IMG/VR virus record: IMGVR_UViG_3300042447_001246
From: an uncultured virus (IMG/VR IMGVR_UViG_3300042447_001246)
Taxonomy: Duplodnaviria; Heunggongvirae; Uroviricota; Caudoviricetes
DNA: 64,000 nt
Strand: one strand, 5' to 3'
The position numbers were made by a program, and so were the translations under genes. Shown in pieces: positions 46,736 through 56,699 of the stretch (positions are counted from its first letter, which is position 1; every line of letters begins with the position of its first letter). Under the pieces are notes generated by a model, which made no database searches, was not told where the DNA came from, and saw nothing but the letters and a program-made list of their open reading frames with translations.

Positions 46736-46744
46736 GCCACCGTA

Positions 46745-47401
46745 ATGAGCGATATAGATTTTACATTTGGCATAATCACTGTCTACGAGGACAAGCAAAG
46801 ACTTGACGAAATAATAGACAATATTCGAAGTTTAAAAATTCCAAGATTTGAAATACTTATTGTTGGTGGTGGTGATTCATCTGGTATTGATGGACCAGAC
46901 ATTGTGAAAATTGACTTTGACGAATCAGTTAAACCAAAGTGGATTACAAGGAAGAAAAACATTCTTGTTCAGAATGCAAAGTACGAGAATATTGTGCTGA
47001 TGCATGACTATCACGTATTTGACGCGAGCTGGTATGAGGAGTTCAAGAAGTTTGGTACAGACTGGGAAATCTGTTCGTGCCCCCAGTACCTAATCAATGG
47101 CGACAGAAATCCAATGGATTGGTCACTTTGGGACAAGCCAGGACATGGGCGCGCCTGGTCGCTTGATTACAACGACTGGACGCAAACACAATATATGTAC
47201 ATATCTGGTGGATTCTTCATGATTAAAAAGCACGTCATGATTGAGGAACCTCTTGATGAATCGCGCGGGTGGAACGAAGAAGAAGACGTTGAGTGGTCAA
47301 TGCGTGTGCGCAACAAATACGTAATGAAGTGCAACGGAAATAGTATTGTTCGTCACAACAAGTGGCACAGACATGCAGGGCCCAATCCAAATGAAAAATA
47401 A
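46745..47401 (+). CDS. Glycosyltransferase (GT-A/GT2-like)
   Basis: 'RKKNILVQNAKYENIVLMHD' and 'GWNEEEDVEWSMR'. Confidence 0.75.
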   Translation: MSDIDFTFGIITVYEDKQRLDEIIDNIRSLKIPRFEILIVGGGDSSGIDGPDIVKIDFDESVKPKWITRKKNILVQNAKYENIVLMHDYHVFDASWYEEFKKFGTDWEICSCPQYLINGDRNPMDWSLWDKPGHGRAWSLDYNDWTQTQYMYISGGFFMIKKHVMIEEPLDESRGWNEEEDVEWSMRVRNKYVMKCNGNSIVRHNKWHRHAGPNPNEK

Positions 47402-48764
47402 CTTTCTTGTCATCTTCGACCTCGATGGGGTTCTGATTGAATCACGAGAAGTCCACTACGATTCGCTGAACATCGCTCTAAGTCGAATTGGACAAGAGTA
47501 TGTTATTTCCGAAGAAGAGCACCTATCCAGATATGACGGCCTTGGAACAACAACAAAACTAAAGATGCTCACCGAGGAAAAGGGTTTACCAGAGTCAGCG
47601 CATCAGCAAGTCTGGGAAGACAAGCAAAAAGCTACTCTTCAAATACTTTCAGGTTTTCCCAAAAACTATATAGCCATTGACATAATGCAGACCCTTAAAG
47701 AAAAGGGTTGGCGAATAGCTGTTGCGTCAAACGCTATAAGAGACACTGTAATTACAGCACTAGATGCAATTGGCGTACTCAAATATGTCAGTTACATAAT
47801 GAGCAATGAAGATGTAAGGAACCACAAACCTCATCCTGAAATGTATTGGCAATGCATGGTCTCCCTTGATGCGACACCAGCAAATACTATAATTATTGAG
47901 GATTCCCATATCGGCAGGGAAGGTGCGCTTAGTTCTGGGGCAAACCTACATGCAATAAAGAACGCCAGCGACTTAAGCAAAGAACGTTTAATGCGCTTTG
48001 TTGATGAAATAGAAACAAGAGGCAAGAAGCCTGTTGCGTGGAGGAATGAAAAAATGAATGTTTTAATACCAATGGCTGGAGCTGGTTCGCGTTTTGCGCA
48101 GGCTGGATATACGTTTCCAAAACCGCTAATCGAAGTTAACGGGAAGCCAATGATTCAAGTTGTTGTTGAGAACTTGAATATTGATGCTCACTTCATATTC
48201 CTTGTTCAAAAAGAACATTACGAGAAATACAACCTAAAACAAGTATTAGGACTCATCAAGCCAGGTTGCGACATTGTTTTAGTTGATGGAATGACCGAAG
48301 GTGCTGCATGCACGACGCTTTTGGCATCTGGTCTAATAGATAACGACGAACCATTATTGATGGCAAACTCCGACCAGATAGTGGACTGGAATAGCAACGA
48401 GTGCTTGTACGCATTTGGAGCAGAAGGTGTTGATGGTGGGATTCTTACATTTAAGGCAACTCATCCAAAGTGGTCATACGCGAAGCTTGGGGATGACGGC
48501 CTTGTCGATGAGGTTGCAGAAAAGAACCCAATTTCAGATAATGCCACAGTTGGAATTTATTACTGGAAGCACGGCTCGGATTACGTGAAATACGCAAATC
48601 AAATGATTGAAAAAGACATCAGAACTAATAATGAGTTCTATGTTTGCCCAGTATTCAATGAAGCAATTCAAGATGGGAAAAAGATTCGGATAAAGGAAGT
48701 TCCAAAGATGTGGGGTATTGGAACACCGGAAGACCTCAATTACTACTTGGAGAACAACAAATGA
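47391..48764 (+). CDS. HAD phosphatase fused to NTP-transferase (sugar nucleotidyltransferase-like)
   Basis: N-terminal 'IFDLDGVL', 'KPHPEMY', 'IIEDS'. C-terminal 'LIPMAGAGSRF...PKPLIEVNGKPMI' and 'GIGTPEDL'. Confidence 0.85.
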   Translation: MKNNFLVIFDLDGVLIESREVHYDSLNIALSRIGQEYVISEEEHLSRYDGLGTTTKLKMLTEEKGLPESAHQQVWEDKQKATLQILSGFPKNYIAIDIMQTLKEKGWRIAVASNAIRDTVITALDAIGVLKYVSYIMSNEDVRNHKPHPEMYWQCMVSLDATPANTIIIEDSHIGREGALSSGANLHAIKNASDLSKERLMRFVDEIETRGKKPVAWRNEKMNVLIPMAGAGSRFAQAGYTFPKPLIEVNGKPMIQVVVENLNIDAHFIFLVQKEHYEKYNLKQVLGLIKPGCDIVLVDGMTEGAACTTLLASGLIDNDEPLLMANSDQIVDWNSNECLYAFGAEGVDGGILTFKATHPKWSYAKLGDDGLVDEVAEKNPISDNATVGIYYWKHGSDYVKYANQMIEKDIRTNNEFYVCPVFNEAIQDGKKIRIKEVPKMWGIGTPEDLNYYLENNK

Positions 48765-49468
48765 GCAAAAGTAAAAAAGATTATCTAGCTATGCAAAATT
48801 CGTATTATGACGAATATGCATCAAAATGGTCGCTTGACTTCAGAGACCCAGTTGTTGGCTCGTACGACGCACACAATAACTGGTCAGACTATGACAATTT
48901 CTTATTCAAGGACTTTGATACAAATGGTCTTGTAGCACTTGAATATGGATGCGGACCTGGGAGAAACTTGGTCAAGTTTGCAGACAGATTTGCTCGAGTT
49001 GACGGAATTGATATATCTGATGTAAATATAGAAAAAGCCAGAATCAATACAAAAGCAAATAATATTTCAGAGCCAAATCTCTATGTAACCAGCGGAGATA
49101 ATCTTTCAGCAATTGAGGACGACATTTACGATGTTGTTTTTGCAGTTATTTGTTTTCAGCATATTTGCGTGCATGAAATCAGATTTAACATCCTTAAAGA
49201 CATCTTCAGAGTCTTGAAGCCAGGTGGAAAGTTGTGTTTCCAGATGGGGTACGGCGGAAAAGGTGAAATACCGACTGCTGGCTATTACGACAATAACTAC
49301 GATGCTGGAAGCACTAATGGTCACTCGGATGTAAGCATCCAGGATGAGCAAACACTTTTTGATGACCTGGTTGGCAAAATTGGTTTCACGAACTTTAAAT
49401 ACGACATTAGGCCAACTGGCCCTGGTGATAACCACAAGAACTGGATATGGGTTCAGGTTGAAAAATGA
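48761..49468 (+). CDS. Class I SAM-dependent methyltransferase
   Basis: 'ALEYGCGPGR', 'GIDIS', 'YDVVFA' and 'RVLKPGG'. Confidence 0.9.
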   Translation: MSKSKKDYLAMQNSYYDEYASKWSLDFRDPVVGSYDAHNNWSDYDNFLFKDFDTNGLVALEYGCGPGRNLVKFADRFARVDGIDISDVNIEKARINTKANNISEPNLYVTSGDNLSAIEDDIYDVVFAVICFQHICVHEIRFNILKDIFRVLKPGGKLCFQMGYGGKGEIPTAGYYDNNYDAGSTNGHSDVSIQDEQTLFDDLVGKIGFTNFKYDIRPTGPGDNHKNWIWVQVEK

Positions 49469-50739
49469 TTTACATATCTCACAGAGGAAACACAACAGGT
49501 CCAAAACCAGAATTTGAGAATCATCCAGACTATGTGGAGGAAGCAATAGCAAATGGTTTTGACGTAGAAGTAGACCTTTGGGTTAACGAGTCTGGGATAT
49601 TTCTTGGCCACGATAGCCCTCAATACTCAGTGCCTAAAGAATGGCTTATCGATAGGACGCATCAGTTATGGGTCCATTGCAAAAATCCAGAGGCTCTTAG
49701 CTTTTCACTGCATTATCAATTGCATTGTTTTTTCCACAATACGGACGATTACACAATTACAAGCAGGGGTTATGTTTGGGCATACCCAGGTAAAAAATCA
49801 ACTTCAGATAAATGTATAAATGTTTTGCCAGAGCGTTCATGGTGGGAAATTGATTCCAATTGGAAAATAGGTTTTTCAGGTGTTTGTTCAGACTTTGTTG
49901 GGATGTTAAATAAACCACAAATCAAGATACCTGATGCTCCAGTATTCAAGCCAATTGACTATGACAAACATTTCGTAATTGGAACACCGCTTGTTGCCTG
50001 GAAATGTGACGCTAAAGAACACTTGAACTGGCTGTCAGACAGAGTTGAGATATGTCGAAAGTTCCCAAATGTGAAATGGTTTTCTGCATTCGAGGTTGAC
50101 AACAGAGGGATAGAGCCTTTTGCAGAAGTAATTGAAGCTCTTCGTGAAGTAAATGGGGATTACTGGACATACTCCATAAACGACATGCAAGCCAAAGTGG
50201 ATTCCGGAAACAGATGGATTCGCATAGAAACCGGCAGAAACCTAATAAGAGAATTTGCTCAAAGAAACAGAGTGACAAGCGGTCATCATTGGGGCGAAGA
50301 TTGCACTGAATTGAATTATGGCGTAATTAATTACTCTGCAGTACTTTACATAGATTCTGACATGTCTCTTGATAGCAACGCTATTGAAAAAATGCTTGAA
50401 GTCAACAGGCCTCTAGTGGGTGTGGATGTTCCTGCCTACTGCCTGTCTGGTCCAATCATTAACCAGGAACCAAGAATTGAAGAGCACTGGAATACCGCAG
50501 GAGCGCTTCTTGTTAATGCTCCGGCGTTCTATGACTTGCCATGGTCGCACAATGCTTATCTAAACCTGAGTGATGACCCGACGTTCCAGTCCATGGCCGA
50601 GAGATTGTTGCGCAGAGAAGGTGCTGAGAATCTTGACACAACATACGGAATGACTTGGGTTAGAAAAGACGTGCAGGCAAAGCACGAAGGCAAGCTAGTG
50701 GCTGTTGAGCAAAGGAAGATAGCGGACAGAGCTATTTGA
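49465..50739 (+). CDS. PLC/GDPD-like phosphodiesterase domain fused to a GT-A-like domain
   Basis: N-terminal 'ISHRGN..EN....GFDVEVDLW...LGHD..W.HCKN..GVCSD'. C-terminal 'VLYIDSD' (DXD) and 'SDD..F'. Confidence 0.7.
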   Translation: MIYISHRGNTTGPKPEFENHPDYVEEAIANGFDVEVDLWVNESGIFLGHDSPQYSVPKEWLIDRTHQLWVHCKNPEALSFSLHYQLHCFFHNTDDYTITSRGYVWAYPGKKSTSDKCINVLPERSWWEIDSNWKIGFSGVCSDFVGMLNKPQIKIPDAPVFKPIDYDKHFVIGTPLVAWKCDAKEHLNWLSDRVEICRKFPNVKWFSAFEVDNRGIEPFAEVIEALREVNGDYWTYSINDMQAKVDSGNRWIRIETGRNLIREFAQRNRVTSGHHWGEDCTELNYGVINYSAVLYIDSDMSLDSNAIEKMLEVNRPLVGVDVPAYCLSGPIINQEPRIEEHWNTAGALLVNAPAFYDLPWSHNAYLNLSDDPTFQSMAERLLRREGAENLDTTYGMTWVRKDVQAKHEGKLVAVEQRKIADRAI

Positions 50740-51619
50740 TTTTTTGATTTAGATACTCATCAATATCTTCGCTAATTGACTTAAGCGAAAACTCAATCCC
50801 TTTTCTCTGTTCTTTTGTTGGCCAACTTGATTCCTGCTCATGGCTTGTTGGCTCCTGGTTCTCCTGTGGGGTCATGACTGGATTCCAATCACGTTTTCCA
50901 TTTTCCTGATATCTCTCTTCAACCCATGGGAAAGCTATGCCAATATAATCTCTTTCTCCAAGCAGGAATCCATTTGCGTATCTTTTAACTTTTGTTCCAG
51001 TTCTATCAACTAAAAACTTTTCAAAATTTCCTCTTAGCGGGGGAAATGATTTTTTGTTTTCTGGGTTTAGCAGCTTGTAGTCCGACCAAGGGACGTCCTC
51101 ATCGTGGAACGGCAATCCGTTTTCATCCTTGTCAGCCTCATATGCACCAGTGAGATAATGCCAAAGTGTGTGTTGCTCTTGTTCTTTTACTTTTCCTGGG
51201 ACAAAATCAGAGTCATATCGATGCTTGTCATATCTGCCATTAGTAAGTTCTGAAAACTCGTAAGTAACGTCAAAGTGGTCAACTGCATATTTTTGAGATA
51301 CCTGCCCAGGAGTCAATTCAAGATTGTTAATTTCGATATATTTCTTAATCCCATCTTGAAATTCTGGATATCCGTGGCAGGTGAAGTCGTCTACAACTAC
51401 AGCAATTATTGAGAAGTCTTTTTCGTCTTTGTACTTTTGATTCAACTCCTCAATAACCGAGTGCTGTGGGATATTTCCACATCCTGCAGCAACGTTGAAT
51501 ATCAATGTGACTTTTCCTTTTTGGCTTGACAGGATGTCGCTCTTCTTGCCACCCGCAGACTGAAGCTCGATGTCGTATATCGAGATTGGGATAATTTTTT
51601 CAAAATTGTTGTAAGCCAT
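50732..51619 (-). CDS. Divergent glutathione peroxidase-like protein
   Basis: 'KGKVTLIFNVAAGCGNIPQ' and 'GNFEKFLVDR.G..VKRY'. Confidence 0.75.
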   Translation of the reverse strand: MAYNNFEKIIPISIYDIELQSAGGKKSDILSSQKGKVTLIFNVAAGCGNIPQHSVIEELNQKYKDEKDFSIIAVVVDDFTCHGYPEFQDGIKKYIEINNLELTPGQVSQKYAVDHFDVTYEFSELTNGRYDKHRYDSDFVPGKVKEQEQHTLWHYLTGAYEADKDENGLPFHDEDVPWSDYKLLNPENKKSFPPLRGNFEKFLVDRTGTKVKRYANGFLLGERDYIGIAFPWVEERYQENGKRDWNPVMTPQENQEPTSHEQESSWPTKEQRKGIEFSLKSISEDIDEYLNQKIK

Positions 51620-51700
51620 ACGAACATGTTACATCACGAAAATTCATCAGTTTAATAATTTCTGAATGGTAGAATTGGAGGCTCTTTTAAAGGAGGCACC

Positions 51701-54700
51701 ATGTTCGTACGGCGTCGCCGCGTTAATAAGCCTGCATTGATAATGGCGGTTCCTTCGGTATTCCTTTTGTTGGTATCGATTTTCGGTTTTTCTGCGCCAG
51801 TCCAGGCTGATTCTTTCCCTGATGCTGGATTTGAGGATGGAACCTTTACGGGCTGGGAAAAGGGAAGCCAGTCAGGGAGCCTAGGAAGCACCATTACTGG
51901 AAACGGAACTGGCGTAACTATATTTACTGGTTCTAGGACATTCACCCATAGTCAACATGGAGCAATGGGCAGCCCTACAAAACAAGATGGGTCAGCGAAC
52001 CCATATTACGCTCCAGCGGTATCTGCTGGAAGTTGGACATTTGGGCCAAACAATGCAGCAAAAGCAGTCGCCCTGCAACCGATGGGACAAATTACATTCT
52101 CTGACGCAATGACTGCGCTCGGATTGTCTGGGTCTCCGCAAACAGCAATACAGGCACAGTTGACAGCAGATAGAAATGCATCTGGGTTTGGGAGTCCTAC
52201 GCCAACCAACGCGGCATGGATTACTAGAGAAGTACAACTAACTGCTGGCACTACCTACACAATGTCTTGGAACTACCTAGGAACGGACTATGTTCCTTAT
52301 AACGATGGTTCCGTGACCGGCCTTGTGCCAGTAACTGTAACTGGAACTCCAGTTATAAGAGTGAACAATTACGTACAGTCGTATGCCCTTCTTGGATTCA
52401 CCAACCCAGGAACTGGCGACTATTCAACGAATTCCTATGGTGCTACTGGTTGGCAAACATCTACATACAAAGTCGATATAACCGGAACATACAAACTTGG
52501 TTTTGCTGTCTTTAACCTTGGGGACACCTCCCTCTCTCCAGTGCTGATGATTGACAGCGAGGCTGGCTCAACAGAGCGTTGCGTCTCTGGAACTTGCACT
52601 ACATTCGGTGGAGTTGCTTCTAATAGCGAAACCGCACCAACGGTTCCCCCTACAACTACAACTACAACTACTGTTGCCCAAACTACTACTACCAGTAGCA
52701 CAACTACCACAAGTACTACGACTACTACTATTCCTGCTGCAACATCGCTTGAAGTTACAAGTCTCTTGGATGATGGTTCAAGCGGAACTCTTCGCTGGGC
52801 AATCAATCAAGCCAACGCAAATGCTGGTGGGATTTACGATGCCATTGACATCACCACAGAAGGAACAATCACCCTCACTTCCGACTTGCCCAACATTACG
52901 GCTGGGGTGACAATCACCGGCACGGGAATGGCTACGACAATTATTGATGGCAATAATTTGTGGCGAGCCATTTACAACAATGGCTCAAGAACAATTGTTA
53001 TTGAAGACATCACATTCAAGCAAGGTAAAAATGTTTCATGGAACGGTGGGCTGATTTACAACGCCTCTGGAACAATGACGTTCAATCGGATAAAGATTTC
53101 CAATCATTCATCGTGGGCTTTCTACCAAGGCGGCGGTGGAGTTACCACATTCAATGATTCCCAATTCACCAATAATGGTTATGCAATTACCTCTGACCAC
53201 GGCGGAACACCTACAGCCCTGAGCCTTACGGATACTGATTACTCAAATCGTATTTATGTAAACGATTCAACATTTACATCAAATACTTATGGCATTCGTA
53301 CCGAGCGCTTTGTCAAAATAAATAACAGTCAGTTCACAGGCAACACACAGGTTGGTGCGTATCTAGGAGGGCTCAACCGTCAGCAAGTTCTAAATTCAAC
53401 ATTTACTTCAAACGGTGTTGGCGTGTACTTCTCGTCATGGATTCCGACAAGTTGGGCGGTTGGCGCTGGCAACCAAACGGTTTCAGGTAATACATTCAAC
53501 GGCAACACCACTGCTATTCAGTTTGCAAACAATTGGAATAACGGCTCTTCGGTGTACAACGGAGTAAGTGCGAACTCGTTCTCCACAGCCAGTGAAAACA
53601 CCTTTGGCATTACTGCGCAAAACACAAACAATTTCTCGGGCTCTGGATATGTGGAGTCCAATAACACAATCACTGCGGCTTATCTGAATCCAGTCACAAA
53701 CTTGACGGCTGTGGCAAACGCAGACGGAAGTGTTGACCTTGATTGGGATGCATCGGCGGCAAGTAATTGCGTCATCTACGGATACTCAGTAAGTTTCTAC
53801 GACCTCACCGTAATTGGTGGAGCAACATCGGGTGGTTGGGGGGTTTGGACTAATCAAGGAACCAGCTACTCGTTAAGCACTGAAATGTTCTCTGGCAGTA
53901 ATCCTGTCACGACTGGATACGGACCAGTTCGCTTTGGTATCAAAGCAATGACGGCTGGGTGTGCCGGAGTTGGAACTGGTAGTTGCACTTATGGTCCTGA
54001 AGTAACCGTTGATGCAACTGTTCTTGACCCGACAACCACTTCATCTACTACTACAACTACGACCAGTACGACTGTCGCTCCTGTCGTCGTGACTCCCCCA
54101 TACGGTACAACAGTGCCACTCCCGCAATACCCAGAGCCTGAAACAGAATCCACAACGGTGCCGCTTCCCGTAGAAACAGGAATTGGAATCGAATTGCCAA
54201 CAGAGACAATTCCAGAATACTCAGAACCAATTGGAATAGACCCAACAGAAACCGAAACGGTAGTAGTAATAATTCCACCAGATGATTATACCGTCACAGA
54301 CATAGAAGACAACGAGCCAATCACGACAGTCATATTGGACAATATCCTAGAAAATACGTTCACTACCGATATTGAGGCTGACGAGGTTGGTGCTGTTCTT
54401 GACACTCTCCTTGGCGCTGAACTTACCAACACCCAGTTTGACAATGTTCTAGAAGCCGTCTTTACCGAAGATGTTTCGGCAGATGTATTCACCGAGGCAC
54501 TAACGACAATGCTGGATGCAGACATCACCAGCGCACAGTTGACGGCAGTTTTGGATTCAGCGTTCTCAGAAGATACTTCTGCTGAGAATATGGTGTCGGC
54601 TTTGGTGTCAATCTTTGATGGTCCGCTTAGTTCTGGCGACCTAGACACAGTTATGGCAGCCGTATTTGACGAAGATATATCGGTTGCGGACACTATGACC

Positions 54701-55708
54701 GTACTTGGAGACTTGCTTGAAACAAACCTAAGCGCGTCAGAAACAGAAGCAATCTTTGACAGCGTGTTTGACAGTGACCTTTCCGACGCAGAAACCATTG
54801 ACCTCATCGTTGATGTGTTGGAGGACGAACTCACCTCAGAGTTGTTGAACACTGTTCTTGGTGCGGTCTTTGACGAAGAAGTAAGCAACGAGGTTTTGAT
54901 TGAAACCTTCACCGCTGTCTTGGGTAATGAACTAGACGCTGAATCGGTCGGAGTAATCGTGGATGTGTTGGAATCCGACACAATTACGAGCGAGCAGGTT
55001 GGACAAGTCGTTACGTTGGTAATTGAGCAAGAGGGTGGCATCGAGTCTGGACAAGCAACCGAACTTGCAACAAGCTCCAAGGTTCTTGAAAGCATTGACG
55101 GCGAACAAGCATCCGCAGTGTTTAACGCAATCGTTGTTGCTGAGGTTTCAGAAGAGGCTGGTGCTGCAATTTCAGAAGCACTCACCGAGGCACCAACCGA
55201 TGTTAAGGAATCATTTGAAGAAGAAATCAACGTATTCGCCGGCGTGTTCGATACGTATACCGCATTAGGTTCTTCTATAGATGTTGGTACAAGAAGAAGC
55301 GTAATTGCGGTAAACTTGGTGACCAGTACTGTGGCTCTAGCCGCTGCTGCTGGTGGAATACCAACCCCAGGCTCTAGCCCATCTAACCCATCTGGCCCAA
55401 GACAAGACGTTGCGGTTCGCAGGGAAGATGAGGAAGCCGAGGAAGGTGGAGCCATTGAGGGCGAAGGTCCTGAATGGATTAAGCGGATATCTATTTACAA
55501 ATATGAAGATGGAGTGAGAGTTATGGACTGGAAGAACTTTACAAGAAAATTTGTTTACGGAGTTATGGCATCTGGTTTCACGCTTGCTGGAGCCACGGTT
55601 ATGTACTTCACTCTTTCTGGATTCACACAAAAGATTGCCCTCTGGGGAACGGTCTTGGCATTCACTGCATCGATGTATCTCCACATGAAGGAACCAGACG
55701 GAGAGTAA
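51701..55708 (+). CDS. Large secreted, membrane-anchored surface protein
   Basis: AGGAGG RBS. Signal peptide (RRRR, hydrophobic core, VQA-D), Thr-rich linkers, a beta-helix-like region, an FN3-like segment, acidic 17-aa repeats and two C-terminal TM helices. Confidence 0.8.
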   Translation: MFVRRRRVNKPALIMAVPSVFLLLVSIFGFSAPVQADSFPDAGFEDGTFTGWEKGSQSGSLGSTITGNGTGVTIFTGSRTFTHSQHGAMGSPTKQDGSANPYYAPAVSAGSWTFGPNNAAKAVALQPMGQITFSDAMTALGLSGSPQTAIQAQLTADRNASGFGSPTPTNAAWITREVQLTAGTTYTMSWNYLGTDYVPYNDGSVTGLVPVTVTGTPVIRVNNYVQSYALLGFTNPGTGDYSTNSYGATGWQTSTYKVDITGTYKLGFAVFNLGDTSLSPVLMIDSEAGSTERCVSGTCTTFGGVASNSETAPTVPPTTTTTTTVAQTTTTSSTTTTSTTTTTIPAATSLEVTSLLDDGSSGTLRWAINQANANAGGIYDAIDITTEGTITLTSDLPNITAGVTITGTGMATTIIDGNNLWRAIYNNGSRTIVIEDITFKQGKNVSWNGGLIYNASGTMTFNRIKISNHSSWAFYQGGGGVTTFNDSQFTNNGYAITSDHGGTPTALSLTDTDYSNRIYVNDSTFTSNTYGIRTERFVKINNSQFTGNTQVGAYLGGLNRQQVLNSTFTSNGVGVYFSSWIPTSWAVGAGNQTVSGNTFNGNTTAIQFANNWNNGSSVYNGVSANSFSTASENTFGITAQNTNNFSGSGYVESNNTITAAYLNPVTNLTAVANADGSVDLDWDASAASNCVIYGYSVSFYDLTVIGGATSGGWGVWTNQGTSYSLSTEMFSGSNPVTTGYGPVRFGIKAMTAGCAGVGTGSCTYGPEVTVDATVLDPTTTSSTTTTTTSTTVAPVVVTPPYGTTVPLPQYPEPETESTTVPLPVETGIGIELPTETIPEYSEPIGIDPTETETVVVIIPPDDYTVTDIEDNEPITTVILDNILENTFTTDIEADEVGAVLDTLLGAELTNTQFDNVLEAVFTEDVSADVFTEALTTMLDADITSAQLTAVLDSAFSEDTSAENMVSALVSIFDGPLSSGDLDTVMAAVFDEDISVADTMTVLGDLLETNLSASETEAIFDSVFDSDLSDAETIDLIVDVLEDELTSELLNTVLGAVFDEEVSNEVLIETFTAVLGNELDAESVGVIVDVLESDTITSEQVGQVVTLVIEQEGGIESGQATELATSSKVLESIDGEQASAVFNAIVVAEVSEEAGAAISEALTEAPTDVKESFEEEINVFAGVFDTYTALGSSIDVGTRRSVIAVNLVTSTVALAAAAGGIPTPGSSPSNPSGPRQDVAVRREDEEAEEGGAIEGEGPEWIKRISIYKYEDGVRVMDWKNFTRKFVYGVMASGFTLAGATVMYFTLSGFTQKIALWGTVLAFTASMYLHMKEPDGE

Positions 55709-55728
55709 TCCTGATATAGACTCTTTTC

Positions 55729-56598
55729 ATGTCTGGAAAAATTGATAAAAATCAGCTTTTATCCGACATATATGAAAAGAACTTTAGTCCTGGAGTATTA
55801 AAATTTTCTGCGCAAGCAGAGTTCCCTCCCAAAAGATACCCCTATGAGGAATCTGGTTATTCAGGTCCGGATATCCTTGCAAACTTATATCACCCAGATG
55901 TTCTTTACAGGCTAAATACCGATGGGTTCTTTGGTGATGACTTTATTAAAAACTCGGACATCATTGCGCTTGGGTGCTCTATAACAGCAGGCGTTGGAGT
56001 GCAAACGAAATACTCGTGGCCGCAGATAGTAAAAGAACGAACGGGGATGAGCGTAAATCACATAGGGTTGCTTGGTGGCTCAATACAACAACTGGTGACA
56101 CTTGTTGTTGATTTTATGGCTATATATGGAAAACCCAAACATCTTCTATTCCTTGCACCAGATATGACTAGGCAGTGGGTTTTTGATTCTGTCTATCCAT
56201 TTAGACATAGATACGAATTCGACGAATCAATAGATGACTTTTTTTGCTTTGACAAAAAACCAACGATAAAAAAGAGTCTAAACGGATTGAATATTGATAT
56301 GAAATTGGTTGCCCAAAATTCATTTAACTCACTATCAATCCTGTCCAACCTGTGCCAACTGCTTGATATTAATTATGGGTTTTGCACATGGAGTCATAGC
56401 GACTCAAAGATATATGAGAATTTTAATGTGAAAAACTATATTCCAAATATCCCACAAGATGTTTTGAATAAGAAATTAAGCTCATACAAACCCAACGATG
56501 AAAATTCCGCCTATTGGGATATTGGTACAGACAAAATGCACCAAGGAGTTCGTGGACATCTCTTTCATGCTGAAAGATTTATGACAATACTGGACTAA
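55729..56598 (+). CDS. SGNH-hydrolase-like hypothetical protein
   Basis: 'YRLNTDGF', 'ALGCSITAGVG...SWP' and C-terminal 'D.MH.G..GH'. Confidence 0.55.
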   Translation: MSGKIDKNQLLSDIYEKNFSPGVLKFSAQAEFPPKRYPYEESGYSGPDILANLYHPDVLYRLNTDGFFGDDFIKNSDIIALGCSITAGVGVQTKYSWPQIVKERTGMSVNHIGLLGGSIQQLVTLVVDFMAIYGKPKHLLFLAPDMTRQWVFDSVYPFRHRYEFDESIDDFFCFDKKPTIKKSLNGLNIDMKLVAQNSFNSLSILSNLCQLLDINYGFCTWSHSDSKIYENFNVKNYIPNIPQDVLNKKLSSYKPNDENSAYWDIGTDKMHQGVRGHLFHAERFMTILD

Positions 56599-56699
56599 AA
56601 AACCATTTGATAATTAGTACATAATAATTGACCAACTATTGTTGTAAAATTGCAGCACGCCAACTTGGCGAATTGACACTTTTTACGAAATGAGTTGAC

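Noticed and set aside
54286..55455. 389-aa minus-strand ORF
   Set aside because: Antisense shadow of the acidic repeat region of 51701-55708. It is Ser/Thr-rich with no motifs or RBS.
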